Below, piece after piece: positions 63,329 through 64,000 of a DNA stretch of 64,000 nt. The DNA comes from Eledone cirrhosa. Lineage: Eukaryota. Position numbers and translations under genes: made by a program. Position 1 is the stretch's first letter. Each line of letters starts with the position of its first letter. The stretch covers positions 316,944,001 to 317,008,000 of the forward strand of contig OZ024740.1 in NCBI GenBank assembly GCA_964016885.1, in the 5' to 3' direction. The notes under the pieces are model-generated. The model saw only the letters and a program-made list of their open reading frames with translations. It was not told the DNA's origin and did no database searches.

Positions 63329-63428
63329 AAGAAGAAGAAGAAGAAGAAGAAGAAGAAGAAGAAGAAGAAGAAGAAGAAGAAGAAGAAGAAGAAGAAGAAG
63401 AAGAAAAAGAAGAAGAAGAAGAAGAAGA
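63095..63428 (+). mobile_element. 3' end of an Expander-like RTE with an expanded (AAG)n tail
   Basis: Homologous to the reverse complement of 5763-5910; (AAG)n at 63283-63428. Confidence 0.78.
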
Positions 63429-64000
63429 CAACAACTACGACGGCAACAATTACTAAATCCTTATAAATTCTTGATTATTTTCAATATGATTCAAAAATTG
63501 CAGGCAATGTTTTACATCATATTTTGGAAAGTTTGTTCTGTAATAGCCTATATTCCGCGCGCTAGAAGTAGCAGCCAAATCTTCCTAAAATTACCTCATA
63601 TTAATTTAATCCAGCTCTCGTAATCATGCAATCATCCCAGAACAGACATTAATATGATAGCATAATGTTTTTAATAATTATTTTATTTATAGAAAAATAA
63701 AAAAATAGATTGGGAAGAAAGAATGGAATGTAAAATAAGAAAATATAAAAAACAGAAAAGGAAGGGAAAGGCAAGGACTCTAGTGTCACAGAAGAATTGT
63801 GAGGGGAAGGGGGAGAGGGGGAGCTCTGGGTCAAGGGCGCAGTGGTGATGGGGCTGTGTCCCGCAGACAAGACCACAAAAGCATTCCCACGGACAATGGC
63901 TGCAACAGCTACCCCACCCCGCAGGCTCCTTCCTCAGATGGGTCACTAACAATTATTCTCAACATATCAGAGATATTCAGTTGGCAGGTGTTTATAATTA

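Overview
AT-rich eukaryotic DNA made almost entirely of repeats. The SINE/LINE content and (TA)n/(CAT)n load look like an octopod cephalopod genome (inference). No intact host gene is evident; there are only two weak minus-strand micro-exon candidates. The window holds many decayed RTE-clade LINEs (several subfamilies carry a PHD-type finger inside the RT), one near full-length Tx1/L1-like element, two Penelope-like (GIY-YIG) fragments, tRNA-derived SINEs, piggyBac/mariner MITEs, a solo LTR and a 39-bp minisatellite. The main unexplained signal is a set of short non-coding elements sitting in (TA)n tracts. They occur as partial tandem arrays (487, 532, 591 bp units) and/or long fold-back palindromes, and carry type I hammerhead ribozyme (HHR) motifs: 14 complete or reconstructable motifs and several half motifs, all found by eye. 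In four sequence-unrelated families the HHR has an enlarged loop II that can pair with the sequence just 5' of stem I (a co-varying pseudoknot). A Penelope-like element with its own HHR lies next to one of them. A short copy of its 3' end stops 2 nt from the predicted self-cleavage site and folds back. Together this suggests a TA-targeting Penelope/retrozyme system. All folds are manual predictions, not computed or tested.
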